This document shows positions 49,262 through 58,870 of a DNA stretch of 64,000 nt, in pieces; the first letter of the stretch is position 1; each line of letters opens with the position of its first letter. The translations under genes and the position numbers were made by a program. This DNA is from Chloroflexota bacterium (GTDB lineage: Bacteria; Chloroflexota; Dehalococcoidia; Lucifugimonadales; JADFKI01). Location: NCBI GenBank assembly GCA_009840355.1, contig VXNZ01000014.1:64567-128566 (forward strand), given 5' to 3'. Under the pieces are notes generated by a model. The model had not been told where the DNA came from. It was given only the letters and a program-made list of their open reading frames with translations, and did no database searches.

Positions 49262-50509
49262 CTAACGCTTGCTTGGTTCAATCGATTCTTCGGACGTCCG
49301 AGCGAGCGTTGATTCGCCTCCCCTGTATTTCCCTGCCAAGCTGCGTACCAGCCGCAAGCCGTTGACGATTAGGATGCCGCCGCCAATGCCAATGGCGAGC
49401 GGCGCGCCGAGCAGCGCCGCAATCGCTCCGGTATGAAAGCCGGAAAAGCCAGTAAAACCCCAGCTGAACATTTGGAAGCTCAACACGCGCCCGCGCATTT
49501 CGTCAGGAACGGTGGTCTGCAATAGCGTGCCGAGCATCGTCTCATAGAGGGCGGCGCTGGCATGGGCGACAGCGATGAGGACTAGAGAAATTAGTAGCGA
49601 ATTCGACAGGGCGAACAGCGTTAAGAATAACCCGAAGCCGATATAGCCAGCGATGAGGGCAGCACCTTTTGTGCGAATGTCACCGAATGCGGACAGTACT
49701 AGCGAAGCGACCAGCGCGCCCGTGCTTCCTGCCGATAATAGATAGCCCAGTCCTGTAGGTCCGGCGTCGATAACTTCATCCGCCATCACCGGCATCATGG
49801 TTTCGTGCGCCCAGCCAAACAACTCTGATGTCAGCATAAGGACGAACAGCAATCTGACGGCAGGCGTGCTGAACACATAACTCACGCCGTTCTTGAAGTC
49901 TTGCACAGGGGATGCTTCCGACTTTCTTGGGGTGCGCCGGACGCCGCGCAGAAAGGTCAGCAGAATGCCGGAGATAGCGAACAAGCCGCTCATAGCGAAA
50001 TACGCCCAACCAATGCCGTGAGTATCCACCATCAGGCCGGCAATGGGCGGAATGACGATGCCCGCACTGGTCATTGCGGCAAAGTTTGCCGCCGTCGCCT
50101 TGAGCATGTTTGAGCGACCCGCCACATCTAGCACCAGCGCAGTGCGCGACGGCACCTTGACCGACATTATCGCGCCGTCGAGGAACGCTGTAACGATGAT
50201 GTGCCAGAGTTGAATCTGTTCGGCGAATATGAGCGTGGCTATAGCCGCCGCTACACACACCTGAAAGAACAGCGCCGCCAAAATAAGGTACTTACGGTTC
50301 AGCCTGTCCGCAAGTACGCCCGCCGCCGTGCTGAAGAGCATGATGCTCAGTCCGTTGAAGCCGAATGTCGCACCGACCCAGAACTTGGATTCAGTAACCG
50401 TGAGCGCAAGCCAGCCGTGCACGGTAAAGTAGAACATCAAGCCCATGTAATTGACAACGGAACTAGCCCACAGCAAGCGGAAGCGGGGATTTCGTAGGAT
50501 CAGAAGCAT
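49262..50509 (-). CDS. MFS transporter
   Basis: 415 aa with about 12 TM helices and the motif GVLADRLNRKYL. Paralogue of the next gene. Confidence 0.85.
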   Translation of the reverse strand: MLLILRNPRFRLLWASSVVNYMGLMFYFTVHGWLALTVTESKFWVGATFGFNGLSIMLFSTAAGVLADRLNRKYLILAALFFQVCVAAAIATLIFAEQIQLWHIIVTAFLDGAIMSVKVPSRTALVLDVAGRSNMLKATAANFAAMTSAGIVIPPIAGLMVDTHGIGWAYFAMSGLFAISGILLTFLRGVRRTPRKSEASPVQDFKNGVSYVFSTPAVRLLFVLMLTSELFGWAHETMMPVMADEVIDAGPTGLGYLLSAGSTGALVASLVLSAFGDIRTKGAALIAGYIGFGLFLTLFALSNSLLISLVLIAVAHASAALYETMLGTLLQTTVPDEMRGRVLSFQMFSWGFTGFSGFHTGAIAALLGAPLAIGIGGGILIVNGLRLVRSLAGKYRGGESTLARTSEESIEPSKR

Positions 50510-50627
50510 AAGTCGGACTTTGGCTTATGTTGCCAGATAGGGTGGATGGAATGTTTTCATTCCCATGCTAAACACCCCATACTAACCCTTTGCTCAACGG
50601 GGTGAAAGGGATTCGGCATCAGATACG

Positions 50628-51857
50628 CTATGCAGCGATTTCTTCGGAGGCGGACTCAGGCTGGTCGCTCCGGTATCTGATTGCTATCGTTCGTATGAGG
50701 CGCAAGCCGTTCAGCAGCACTATACCGCCACCAATACCGATGGCGAGCGGCGCGCCGAGCAGCGCAGCAATCGCGCCAACCTGAAATCCGGACAGCCCGC
50801 TGAGTCCCCATGTGAATGTCTGAAAGCTAAGCACCCTGCCTCTCATCTCGTTAGGTACGCTGGTCTGCAATAGCGTGCTGAGCATCGTTTCATACATCGC
50901 GACACTCGCCCAGGATGCCGCAAGAAGCACGAATGACAGGACCGGTGTCTTCGACAGCGCGAACATAATCAGGAATGTGCCGAAGCCGATGTAGCCGCCG
51001 GCGAGCGCTATACCCTTCCTGCGAATGTCGCCCACCATCGACAGCACAAGCGCCGATATAAGCGCTCCCGCGCTTCCTGACGCGAACAGGTAGCCCACGC
51101 CGGAAGGTCCCGTATCCAAGACCTCGCGCGCCATCACAGGGATCATCGCCTCATGCGCCCACCCGAAGATTTCCGATGTCAGCATCAATAGTATGAGCAG
51201 CCTGACCGACGGCGTGGTGAAGACGTATATCACGCCTTCCTTAAAGTCTTGCAGCGGCGATGCCACGCCCTTGCGCGACGCTCCAGTTACGCCCGTCAGG
51301 AACGACAGCATGATTGAGGACAGAATGAATGCGCTGCTCATCGCAGCATACGACCATCCGATGCCGTGATGCTCTATCAGCAGTCCGGCAATCGGTGGGA
51401 TGACGATGCCCGTGCCAGTCATCGCAGCGAAGTTCGCGGCGGTGGCGTTCTGCACATTTGGCCGTCCGGCGACATCCATCATCAGTGCCAATCTCGACGG
51501 TACGCGGATGGACACCATCGCGCCTTCTATGGACGATGCGAGAAGAATGTGCCACAACTCAATCCGCTCAGTGAATATCAGCGTCGCCAATCCCGCACCA
51601 ACACTTGCCTGCAAGATTAGCGTCATCAGCACGAGATACTTGCGGTTGAGCCTGTCCGCAAGCACGCCGGACACCGTGCTGAATACGAGGATGCTAGTAC
51701 CGGCCACGCCCGCGGACGCGCCAACCCAGAAGGCAGAGTCTGTCACCGTGAGCGTGAGCCAGCCGTGCGCCGTGATGTGGAACATAACGCCCATCTCGCT
51801 GACGACCGAACTTGACCACAGCAGGCGAAGTCTTGCGTTGTGCAGTATTAGAAACAT
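50628..51857 (-). CDS. MFS transporter (tandem paralogue)
   Basis: 409 aa. Colinear with 49262..50509, for example MFLILHNARLRLLWSSSVV versus MLLILRNPRFRLLWASSVV, with an identical GVLADRLNRKYL. Confidence 0.85.
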   Translation of the reverse strand: MFLILHNARLRLLWSSSVVSEMGVMFHITAHGWLTLTVTDSAFWVGASAGVAGTSILVFSTVSGVLADRLNRKYLVLMTLILQASVGAGLATLIFTERIELWHILLASSIEGAMVSIRVPSRLALMMDVAGRPNVQNATAANFAAMTGTGIVIPPIAGLLIEHHGIGWSYAAMSSAFILSSIMLSFLTGVTGASRKGVASPLQDFKEGVIYVFTTPSVRLLILLMLTSEIFGWAHEAMIPVMAREVLDTGPSGVGYLFASGSAGALISALVLSMVGDIRRKGIALAGGYIGFGTFLIMFALSKTPVLSFVLLAASWASVAMYETMLSTLLQTSVPNEMRGRVLSFQTFTWGLSGLSGFQVGAIAALLGAPLAIGIGGGIVLLNGLRLIRTIAIRYRSDQPESASEEIAA

Positions 51858-51937
51858 AGAAAGAAAGAGGCAGACGAATGTGTATAGTCTGCCTCAAGGT
51901 ATTCAATTGGGTTGAGTTCGCTGAGTCGAAATCGGCA

Positions 51938-53011
51938 CTATGCCGTCGCGTACTTGCGACAGGCGGCGTCCATCACTTCGATGGTGTAATCAATGTCGTC
52001 TGAGTCGATGCCGTAGTGTGTTACGAACCGCCAATTTGGTGTTGGCATACCGCCCTTGACACCGTGTCTGTTGATTTCCTGCTGTATCAGCGCCGGGTCG
52101 CCGTCCGTGATGGTGAAGAACACGAGATTCGTGGGCAGCGCGTCCGGGTCGATGTCAATGCCGGGTATCTGCGCCAAGCCCTGGGCCAGTCTGCGCGCGT
52201 TCGCGTGGTCGTCGTTGAGACGCTCAACCATGTTGTCCAGCGCGACAATACCGGCGGCTGCGATGACGCCGACTTGCCGCATTCCACCGCCGACCATCTT
52301 GCGCCACTTTCGCGCCTCCCGCACGAATTCTTCGCTGCCGCAGACGACAGATCCTATTGGGCAGCTTAAGCCCTTGGAAAGGCAGAAACTCACGCTGTCC
52401 GCGTGCTTCACTAGCTCAGTAACCGGCGTCTCCAGTGCCACCGCCGCGTTGAAAATGCGCGCGCCATCAAGATGCAGTGGGATGCCGTGCCTGTGCGCGA
52501 TGTCCGCTACGGACTTCGTGTCGTCTGCGGTCAACGGCGCGCCACCGCAGGCGTTCTGCGTATTCTCAAGGGCGATCAGCGCCGTGCGAGTGAAATGCTC
52601 GTTCGGTGGCTTAATAGCGGCTTCAAGCCGGTCGAGGTCGAGCATACCGCGATGGTCGTTGGGCAGCGGGAAGTATGCCACGCCACCTAGTGCGGAAGCG
52701 CCGCCGGCTTCGCTGCGGAAGATGTGCGCTTTGTCTCCGAGAATTATCTCGTCGCCGCGACCGGCGTGCGCGAGAACGGACACGAGATTGCCCATAGTGC
52801 CGCTCGCGACGAAAACCGCCGCCTCTTTGCCTAGCCGCTCCGCCGCCATCGCTTCCAGGCGATTAAGCGTCGGGTCATCCCCAAAAACATCGTCGCCGAG
52901 TTCGGCTTCCGCCATCGCACGGCGCATTTCTGGTGAAGGATGGGTTACTGTGTCGCTGCGAAGGTCAACTTCTCTCACTTGGGCTCTCCTCTCCCGTCTG
53001 TTTTCCGTCAA
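51938..53011 (-). CDS. ltaE: Low-specificity L-threonine aldolase (beta-eliminating lyase family)
   Basis: 357 aa. DLRSDTVTHPSPEMRRAMAEAELGDDVFGDDPTLNRLE and PLP-lysine context FCLSKGLSCP. Confidence 0.85.
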   Translation of the reverse strand: MTENRRERRAQVREVDLRSDTVTHPSPEMRRAMAEAELGDDVFGDDPTLNRLEAMAAERLGKEAAVFVASGTMGNLVSVLAHAGRGDEIILGDKAHIFRSEAGGASALGGVAYFPLPNDHRGMLDLDRLEAAIKPPNEHFTRTALIALENTQNACGGAPLTADDTKSVADIAHRHGIPLHLDGARIFNAAVALETPVTELVKHADSVSFCLSKGLSCPIGSVVCGSEEFVREARKWRKMVGGGMRQVGVIAAAGIVALDNMVERLNDDHANARRLAQGLAQIPGIDIDPDALPTNLVFFTITDGDPALIQQEINRHGVKGGMPTPNWRFVTHYGIDSDDIDYTIEVMDAACRKYATA

Positions 53012-53148
53012 TTCTAGCAGATAGCGCTACTCCGTGTGCATCCTGCTTGTTCGGTCTATCGATGCAAATTTGCCCGCCGCGCTTGTCAAATACCGCCGTA
53101 TTCCCCTAAACTTTAGATGCAAAATTTCAATGAGGACTTGCGAATAAT

Positions 53149-53814
53149 ATGGCGGCAACTCAGCACGATTTAATGTTCCCAAGCGGAGAATTGGCGATAG
53201 AAGGCACGCTGCATCTGCCTGATGGCGAAGGGCGATTCCCCGGCGTGGTGATATGCCACCCGCACCCGCAGTACGGCGGCGATATGTACAACGTGATCGT
53301 TGCGACATTGGCGCATGCGCTTCCGGAAATCGGCATTGCCGCATTACGTTTCAACTTTCGCGGCGTGCAAATGAGCGAAGGCGCGTACGACGGCGGCTAC
53401 GGCGAGATCGAAGACGCGGTAGAAGCGATGAACTACATGGCGGTCAGCGACGGCATCGACGCCAGCCGGCTAGGTATCGCCGGATATTCGTTCGGCGCTG
53501 CGGTCGCAATCGCAGCCGCCGCGCGCAGCAATATCGCGCAGGCGCTGGTCAGCATCGCCTGCCCGTCGCGTGTGTTCAATGAGATGAGCGCACAGGAACT
53601 CCTGCTGCCCAAGCTGCTGATGCTAGGCGAGCACGACCACGATTTTCCAGCGCAGCAATTTAGGTTCATGGCGCGGCGTTTCACCGACCCGAAAGATGTC
53701 GAGGTCATACGCGGGGCGGACCACTTTTTCGGCGGGCATGTCGCAGAAGTTGTGCAGTTGACGACCGATTTCTTCGAGAATTGGCTTGTCGCAGAGCGGG
53801 GGCAGCAGCTTTGA
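53149..53814 (+). CDS. Alpha/beta hydrolase (COG2945-like)
   Basis: 221 aa. CHPHPQYGGDMYNVIV and nucleophile elbow GYSFGA. Confidence 0.7.
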   Translation: MAATQHDLMFPSGELAIEGTLHLPDGEGRFPGVVICHPHPQYGGDMYNVIVATLAHALPEIGIAALRFNFRGVQMSEGAYDGGYGEIEDAVEAMNYMAVSDGIDASRLGIAGYSFGAAVAIAAAARSNIAQALVSIACPSRVFNEMSAQELLLPKLLMLGEHDHDFPAQQFRFMARRFTDPKDVEVIRGADHFFGGHVAEVVQLTTDFFENWLVAERGQQL

Positions 53815-54461
53815 TGCGGCAGACCGCCATCTCCTTCAGCAGCAAGCGTGTAACGCTAGAAGGCGTGCTCGCAATTCCCAAAGAGTTGCCGCAGCCGTAC
53901 CCGGCAATAGTGATGTGCCACCCGCACCCGTTGCTTGGCGGCAATATGGACAGTCCTGTGGTTGCCAGCGTCTGCCGCGCGGCGAGCGAAGCGGGATTCG
54001 CCAGCTTCCGATTCAACTTTCGTGGCGTTGAAGGCAGTGAAGGAGACTTCGAGAACGGCGATTCTACTCACGAGGACATCAAGGCAGCGTTGAATATCAT
54101 ACGCCGCTGGCGGGGCGTTGACCGTAAACGAATGGCGCTCTGCGGCTACTCATTCGGCGCAGGCGCGATACTGCGCGGGTTGCGGCACTTCAAGTCGGCT
54201 CACGCACTCGCACTCATCGCGCCACCACTGTCCACCGTTGAAGAATCGCGCATCGTAAAGGACAAGCGCCCGAAGTTGTTCGTCGTGGGCGAGCACGACC
54301 GTCTGGTATCATCCGTAAGATTGCAGCGCGCGTTGGACGGCGTTCGCGAGCCTGTGCAATTCCGCGAGGTTGAAGGCGGCGACCACAGCCTAGCCGGACG
54401 CGAATGGGAAGTTGCTGACGAAGTGGTGGCGTTCGTCTCACAAGTATTTGGCGTTGACTGA
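53814..54461 (+). CDS. Alpha/beta hydrolase (tandem paralogue)
   Basis: From ATG 53814, which overlaps the upstream stop (TGATG). CHPHPLLGGNMDSPVV and GYSFGA. Confidence 0.7.
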   Translation: MRQTAISFSSKRVTLEGVLAIPKELPQPYPAIVMCHPHPLLGGNMDSPVVASVCRAASEAGFASFRFNFRGVEGSEGDFENGDSTHEDIKAALNIIRRWRGVDRKRMALCGYSFGAGAILRGLRHFKSAHALALIAPPLSTVEESRIVKDKRPKLFVVGEHDRLVSSVRLQRALDGVREPVQFREVEGGDHSLAGREWEVADEVVAFVSQVFGVD

Positions 54462-54570
54462 CAACGAAATCTTGGACTGCATGGACAGTCGAGTTGGGCA
54501 AGATTACTCGCTGTCCGACCAGAACAATACCGACAAAATTCAGAGCAAGATTGGCAAATAGGAGACGATA

Positions 54571-55992
54571 GTGTCAGAGCAGAAATATCGAAGTGAACGG
54601 GACTCTATGGGCGAGTTTCAGGTACCGGCGGAGGCATACTACGGCGCGAACACGATGCGCGCGGTGCTGAATTTCCCCATCAGCGACCTGCGATTTCCGC
54701 GCTCGTTCATCGGCGCGCTTGGCTTAGTCAAGCAGACCGCGGCGCAAGTGAACGCCGAACTAGGTTTGTTGGAGGACGCACTTGCCGATGGCATTACGCA
54801 GGCTGCGCAGGAAGTCATGGACGGCGACTTGGATGATCAGTTCGTGGTGGACATATTTCAGACCGGCAGCGGCACATCCACGAACATGAACGTGAACGAA
54901 GTCATTTCGAACCGCGCCATCGAGCTGATGGGCGGGGTAATCGGCTCGCGCTCGCCCGTTCACCCCAACGACCATGTGAACATCGGACAGTCGTCTAACG
55001 ATGTGATACCGACAGCAATACACCTCTCTGCGCTGCTTACTATCCACGACGACCTCATCCCCGCGATGCAGCAATTGCAGGAAGGGCTGGAGCAGAAAGC
55101 AGAAGAGTTCATGCCCGTGATAAAGACGGGCCGCACACACCTGCAAGACGCCACTCCCGTTCGCCTAGGGCAGGAATTCCGCGGATACGCCGGGCAGATA
55201 GAGCGCGGCATCGAACGGCTGCGTCACGCCGAACGGGAGTTGGGCGAAGTCGCGCTAGGTGGTACCGCAGTTGGCACGGGCGTCAACACGCATCCGGATT
55301 TCGCCGGTCGTGTGTGCGCTCGGTTGTCGGATATGCTGGGCGTGGAAGTGCGCGAGACGACGAATCACTTCCAGTCGCAGAGCACGCTGGACAATGTGGT
55401 GGAAGCGAGCGGTTCGTTGAAGACGGTCGCCGTCAGCCTGATGAAAATCTGCAATGACATTCGCTGGCTTGGCTCAGGTCCGCGCGGCGGCATCGGCGAG
55501 ATTGAACTGCCCGAAGTGCAGCCGGGAAGCTCGATTATGCCTGGCAAAGTGAACCCTGTGATACCGGAATCCGTGTGTCAGGTGGCGGCGCATGTAATCG
55601 GCAACGACGCGGCAATCGCCGTGGGCGGGCAGTCCGGCAATTTCGAGATAAATGTGATGATGCCGGTCTGCGCTTACAATCTGCTGCAGTCTATAGACTT
55701 GCTCGCGGCGGCAGCGCGAAACCTCGACGAGCAGTGCATTCGCGGCTTGAAGGCGACCAGCGCAGGACCTGACATGGTTGAGCGCGGACTCGCCATCGTG
55801 ACCACGCTCGTGCCGCACATCGGCTACGACGCATCCGCCGCTATCGCCAAAGAAGCGCAGGCAACCGGCAAGACCGTCAAGGAAGTCGCCATCGAAATGA
55901 CCGACCTATCCTCCGAGGAACTAGACGACACCCTAGACCCAAGCGGCATGACCGAACCAGGCCTATCCGCAGGCGGCGTGTCTGTGGGGTAG
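54571..55992 (+). CDS. Aspartate ammonia-lyase / class II fumarate hydratase family lyase
   Basis: 473 aa. Family signature GSSIMPGKVNP. The N-terminus ERDSMGEFQVPAEAYYGANTMRAVLNFPIS looks closer to aspartase than to FumC, but I cannot decide this without an alignment. GTG start with AGGAG upstream. Confidence 0.85.
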   Translation: MSEQKYRSERDSMGEFQVPAEAYYGANTMRAVLNFPISDLRFPRSFIGALGLVKQTAAQVNAELGLLEDALADGITQAAQEVMDGDLDDQFVVDIFQTGSGTSTNMNVNEVISNRAIELMGGVIGSRSPVHPNDHVNIGQSSNDVIPTAIHLSALLTIHDDLIPAMQQLQEGLEQKAEEFMPVIKTGRTHLQDATPVRLGQEFRGYAGQIERGIERLRHAERELGEVALGGTAVGTGVNTHPDFAGRVCARLSDMLGVEVRETTNHFQSQSTLDNVVEASGSLKTVAVSLMKICNDIRWLGSGPRGGIGEIELPEVQPGSSIMPGKVNPVIPESVCQVAAHVIGNDAAIAVGGQSGNFEINVMMPVCAYNLLQSIDLLAAAARNLDEQCIRGLKATSAGPDMVERGLAIVTTLVPHIGYDASAAIAKEAQATGKTVKEVAIEMTDLSSEELDDTLDPSGMTEPGLSAGGVSVG

Positions 55993-55994
55993 GG

Positions 55995-57254
55995 TTAGCA
56001 CGATGGGTATGTTGGGCAGGATAGACAGGATTGGATGAAGTCTATCTCGTCTTGGCGCGTCTTCACCTGTCCGTCTAGGCGGGCTTCCAGCAGGTCGTGA
56101 AGCAGTTCGCCGATACGGGGACCCTGGGGTACGCCAAGCGCGACTAGGTCGTCGCCGTTCAGGACAGGCTTGATATGTCGCAGCTCGTCCTGATAGAGCG
56201 TCAGTCGACGCCCAACAATGCCGTTCTCTTCGCGCAGAGAGCAGCCTAGTATCGCCGTCTCGTGCAGCGTGTTCAGCCGCGCGTAAATCTCGCTGCGGCT
56301 GAACACATCGATCGATGAGTCGTGCCGGAGGCGGGATTTTGCCAAGCCGGTGTCTGTCATTATCTGTGCCAAGCGTGAGGGCAAGCGCAGTCGCTGAATG
56401 AAGGCGGCTTTGTCGGCAACGGCAAGGTCATAAGCGAGAATGGACAACAGCAGCGCGGGCTTGTCGGCATAGTCGCCGGCGGCGGCGCGGCGCAGGGCTT
56501 CCAGGGTGCTGGCGTCGAGCGTTATGCCGCGATTGATGGCTTGCAACGCACCGAGACTGTGCAGCATTTCGAGTATCGATACTACCCTGTTCTCACGCAG
56601 CGTTCGCAGGAATTCGTCGCGCAGTCTCGCGCCGGAAATCGTGCCTATATATGCGGTGTCCCGCATTGCAAGCTGCTCGGTATTTGCGTCGAGCCTGAAG
56701 CCGAGCCGCACAGCATAACGTGCCGCCCTTAATATGCGCGTGGCGTCGTCCGCAAAACTGTCATCGCGCAGCACGCGGATGACACCATCCCGTAGGTCAT
56801 CCATGCCGTGCAGCGGATCGTGCAGTTCGCCCCAACTTTCCGCGTCCAGCGAGACCGCCATCGCATTGACGGCGAAGTCGCGCCGCTCTAATTCTTGGCG
56901 CAATGTGCCGGGCGATACGGTGGGCAGCGCACCCGGCTGCTGATATGTCTCCTGGCGCGCCATCGCTAAGTCTAGGCGCCTGCCGGATTCTTCAACAGCG
57001 AATGTGTTGAATTGCGACCGGGCGACGACCACACCGCCTAGTGCGTCTGCCATGTTCTGCGCAATAAATGAAGTCAATCGTACGACAGTGATGTCGATGT
57101 CGTGGACGGGCAATCCCAGCAGCGCATCGCGGACCGCTCCGCCGACGAGGTAGGCTTCGACACCGTGCGAATAAGCGACCGCCCCTATGGCAGACAATTG
57201 GCGCAGCGAGATTGTGTCAAGCTGCGCCTCCAGTATATTGGCGATGTTCGACAC
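55995..57254 (-). CDS. cca: CCA-adding tRNA nucleotidyltransferase / poly(A) polymerase family
   Basis: 419 aa. YLVGGAVRDALLGLPVHDIDITV and RRDFAVNAMA motifs. Confidence 0.82.
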   Translation of the reverse strand: MSNIANILEAQLDTISLRQLSAIGAVAYSHGVEAYLVGGAVRDALLGLPVHDIDITVVRLTSFIAQNMADALGGVVVARSQFNTFAVEESGRRLDLAMARQETYQQPGALPTVSPGTLRQELERRDFAVNAMAVSLDAESWGELHDPLHGMDDLRDGVIRVLRDDSFADDATRILRAARYAVRLGFRLDANTEQLAMRDTAYIGTISGARLRDEFLRTLRENRVVSILEMLHSLGALQAINRGITLDASTLEALRRAAAGDYADKPALLLSILAYDLAVADKAAFIQRLRLPSRLAQIMTDTGLAKSRLRHDSSIDVFSRSEIYARLNTLHETAILGCSLREENGIVGRRLTLYQDELRHIKPVLNGDDLVALGVPQGPRIGELLHDLLEARLDGQVKTRQDEIDFIQSCLSCPTYPSC

Positions 57255-57267
57255 GCCGGACCTACGG

Positions 57268-58017
57268 CTATTCGGATGCTGCGGCTACTTTTGCCTTGAA
57301 CGCCGCCGCGCCGCTGCCGACCCACGCCTGCCAGCCGGTCATCATGAACTTGACGCCCAGCCCGAGATAATGCTCCACATTGTCGTCAGTTACGAGCGAA
57401 CCGGCAGTGCGCCCGGACGCGACAATCTTCTGCAGAGCGCCGTCAATCGTCGCCGTTACTTCCGGATGGTCGATGCCGCCAAGGTGTCCCATCGACTGCG
57501 CGAGGTCGCTTGGCGCGACGAAAAAGACATCAATGTTGTCCACTGTCAGAATCTCGTCGAGATTGTTGACCGCCTTGATGTCCTCGATGAGCACGATGAC
57601 AAGCGTCTCATCGTTCGCCTTGTAGATGTAGTCCGGGTCTCCGTAGCCTTGCCTACTGCCGAACATGCCGCGGTGCCCTACCGGAGCGAACTTGGCGGCG
57701 TCCACGACCGCGCGCGCATCTTCGGCCGTATCGACATGTGGCACGACGATGCCCTGCGCGCCCACATCGAAGGTGCGGTAGATGATGCCGGCATTGTTGC
57801 GGTTCACGCGCACGACCGACGTCATATCCCACAGGTCGCAGGCGCGCGTGAGGTCCGGAATGTCCGCGAAGTCGTTCGGCCCATGCTCGGCTTCGATCCA
57901 GATCGCGTCAAATCCGAACTGCCCGAGAAAGTCTATGATGTGCGTGGAATTCAGCCCGGATATACATATGGTCGGTTCTCCGCGCTCTAGCTTGTGCTTT
58001 GCAGTATTCGTTCGCAT
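57268..58017 (-). CDS. HpcH/HpaI-family aldolase
   Basis: MRTNTAKHKLERGEPTICISG...FDAIWIEAEHGP...VVRVN...: typical class II aldolase/citrate-lyase-beta fold motifs. The start could be 58017, 58035 or 58098. Confidence 0.78.
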   Translation of the reverse strand: MRTNTAKHKLERGEPTICISGLNSTHIIDFLGQFGFDAIWIEAEHGPNDFADIPDLTRACDLWDMTSVVRVNRNNAGIIYRTFDVGAQGIVVPHVDTAEDARAVVDAAKFAPVGHRGMFGSRQGYGDPDYIYKANDETLVIVLIEDIKAVNNLDEILTVDNIDVFFVAPSDLAQSMGHLGGIDHPEVTATIDGALQKIVASGRTAGSLVTDDNVEHYLGLGVKFMMTGWQAWVGSGAAAFKAKVAAASE

Positions 58018-58245
58018 TCTTTCTAATCTCCCCATTACTCGAATCTGTGACTCCGTGCCGCCCGTGCGCACGAACGTGAAGTTACCCTTGCCGTGCACAT
58101 TATAGCCTTGCGCGGCGGCCGTTGTCAGTAGTCGGCGCTGAAGTGATAAGATGCTGCGAGATTCGCAAATCTAAAATCAAACCGTAAGACTGGCTAGTAC
58201 AGGCGGTCAGCAAGCGCGTTTATACCGATTCGAAGAGGATAAAGC

Positions 58246-58734
58246 ATGCCGGGCGAGTTCAACTTCTGTAATAGGTGTGGCGCGCCGTTGTCGGAGCGCT
58301 TCATCGAAGGGCGAATGCGGCCGCAATGCGACAACTGCGGCAATATCATCTTCCTGGACCCGAAAGTCGCTGCGGTGGCGATAGTGGTGGACGGCGACGG
58401 GCTTGTGATGGTCAAGCGCGGTGTCGAGCCGGAGTATGGCAAATGGGCGTTCCCATCCGGCTATGTCGATAGAGGCGAGGTCGTGGAAGCGGCGGCAGTA
58501 CGCGAAGTAAAGGAAGAGACCGGGCTGGATGTCGCGCTGGACAGGCTCATCGGTGTGTACTCGCTGGATGGCTACCCAGTCGTGCTGGTCGTGTATTCGG
58601 CGCATATCGTTGGCGGCGCGGTGGCAATCGGGCACGACGCGCTCGACGTGCGCACATTCCCTCTTGACGACCTGCCGCCATTGCCATTCCCAAACGACTA
58701 CCGGATGCTGCGGGATTGGCAGGGCAACAGTTAA
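58246..58734 (+). CDS. NUDIX hydrolase with an N-terminal zinc ribbon
   Basis: 162 aa. CNRCG...CDNCG zinc ribbon. Nudix box GYVDRGEVVEAAAVREVKEETGL. Confidence 0.85.
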   Translation: MPGEFNFCNRCGAPLSERFIEGRMRPQCDNCGNIIFLDPKVAAVAIVVDGDGLVMVKRGVEPEYGKWAFPSGYVDRGEVVEAAAVREVKEETGLDVALDRLIGVYSLDGYPVVLVVYSAHIVGGAVAIGHDALDVRTFPLDDLPPLPFPNDYRMLRDWQGNS

Positions 58735-58870
58735 GCGTATGGCGCAATGCCGCCCTACTCTGCTTGTATATGGGTTCAGTGGCGAACAAAGGGCTGCCAT
58801 CGTGTATAATCGCGAAAATCGAAAATGAAGTGGCTGTTTGACAGCATTCTCACATCACAGGAGGTTTGGC

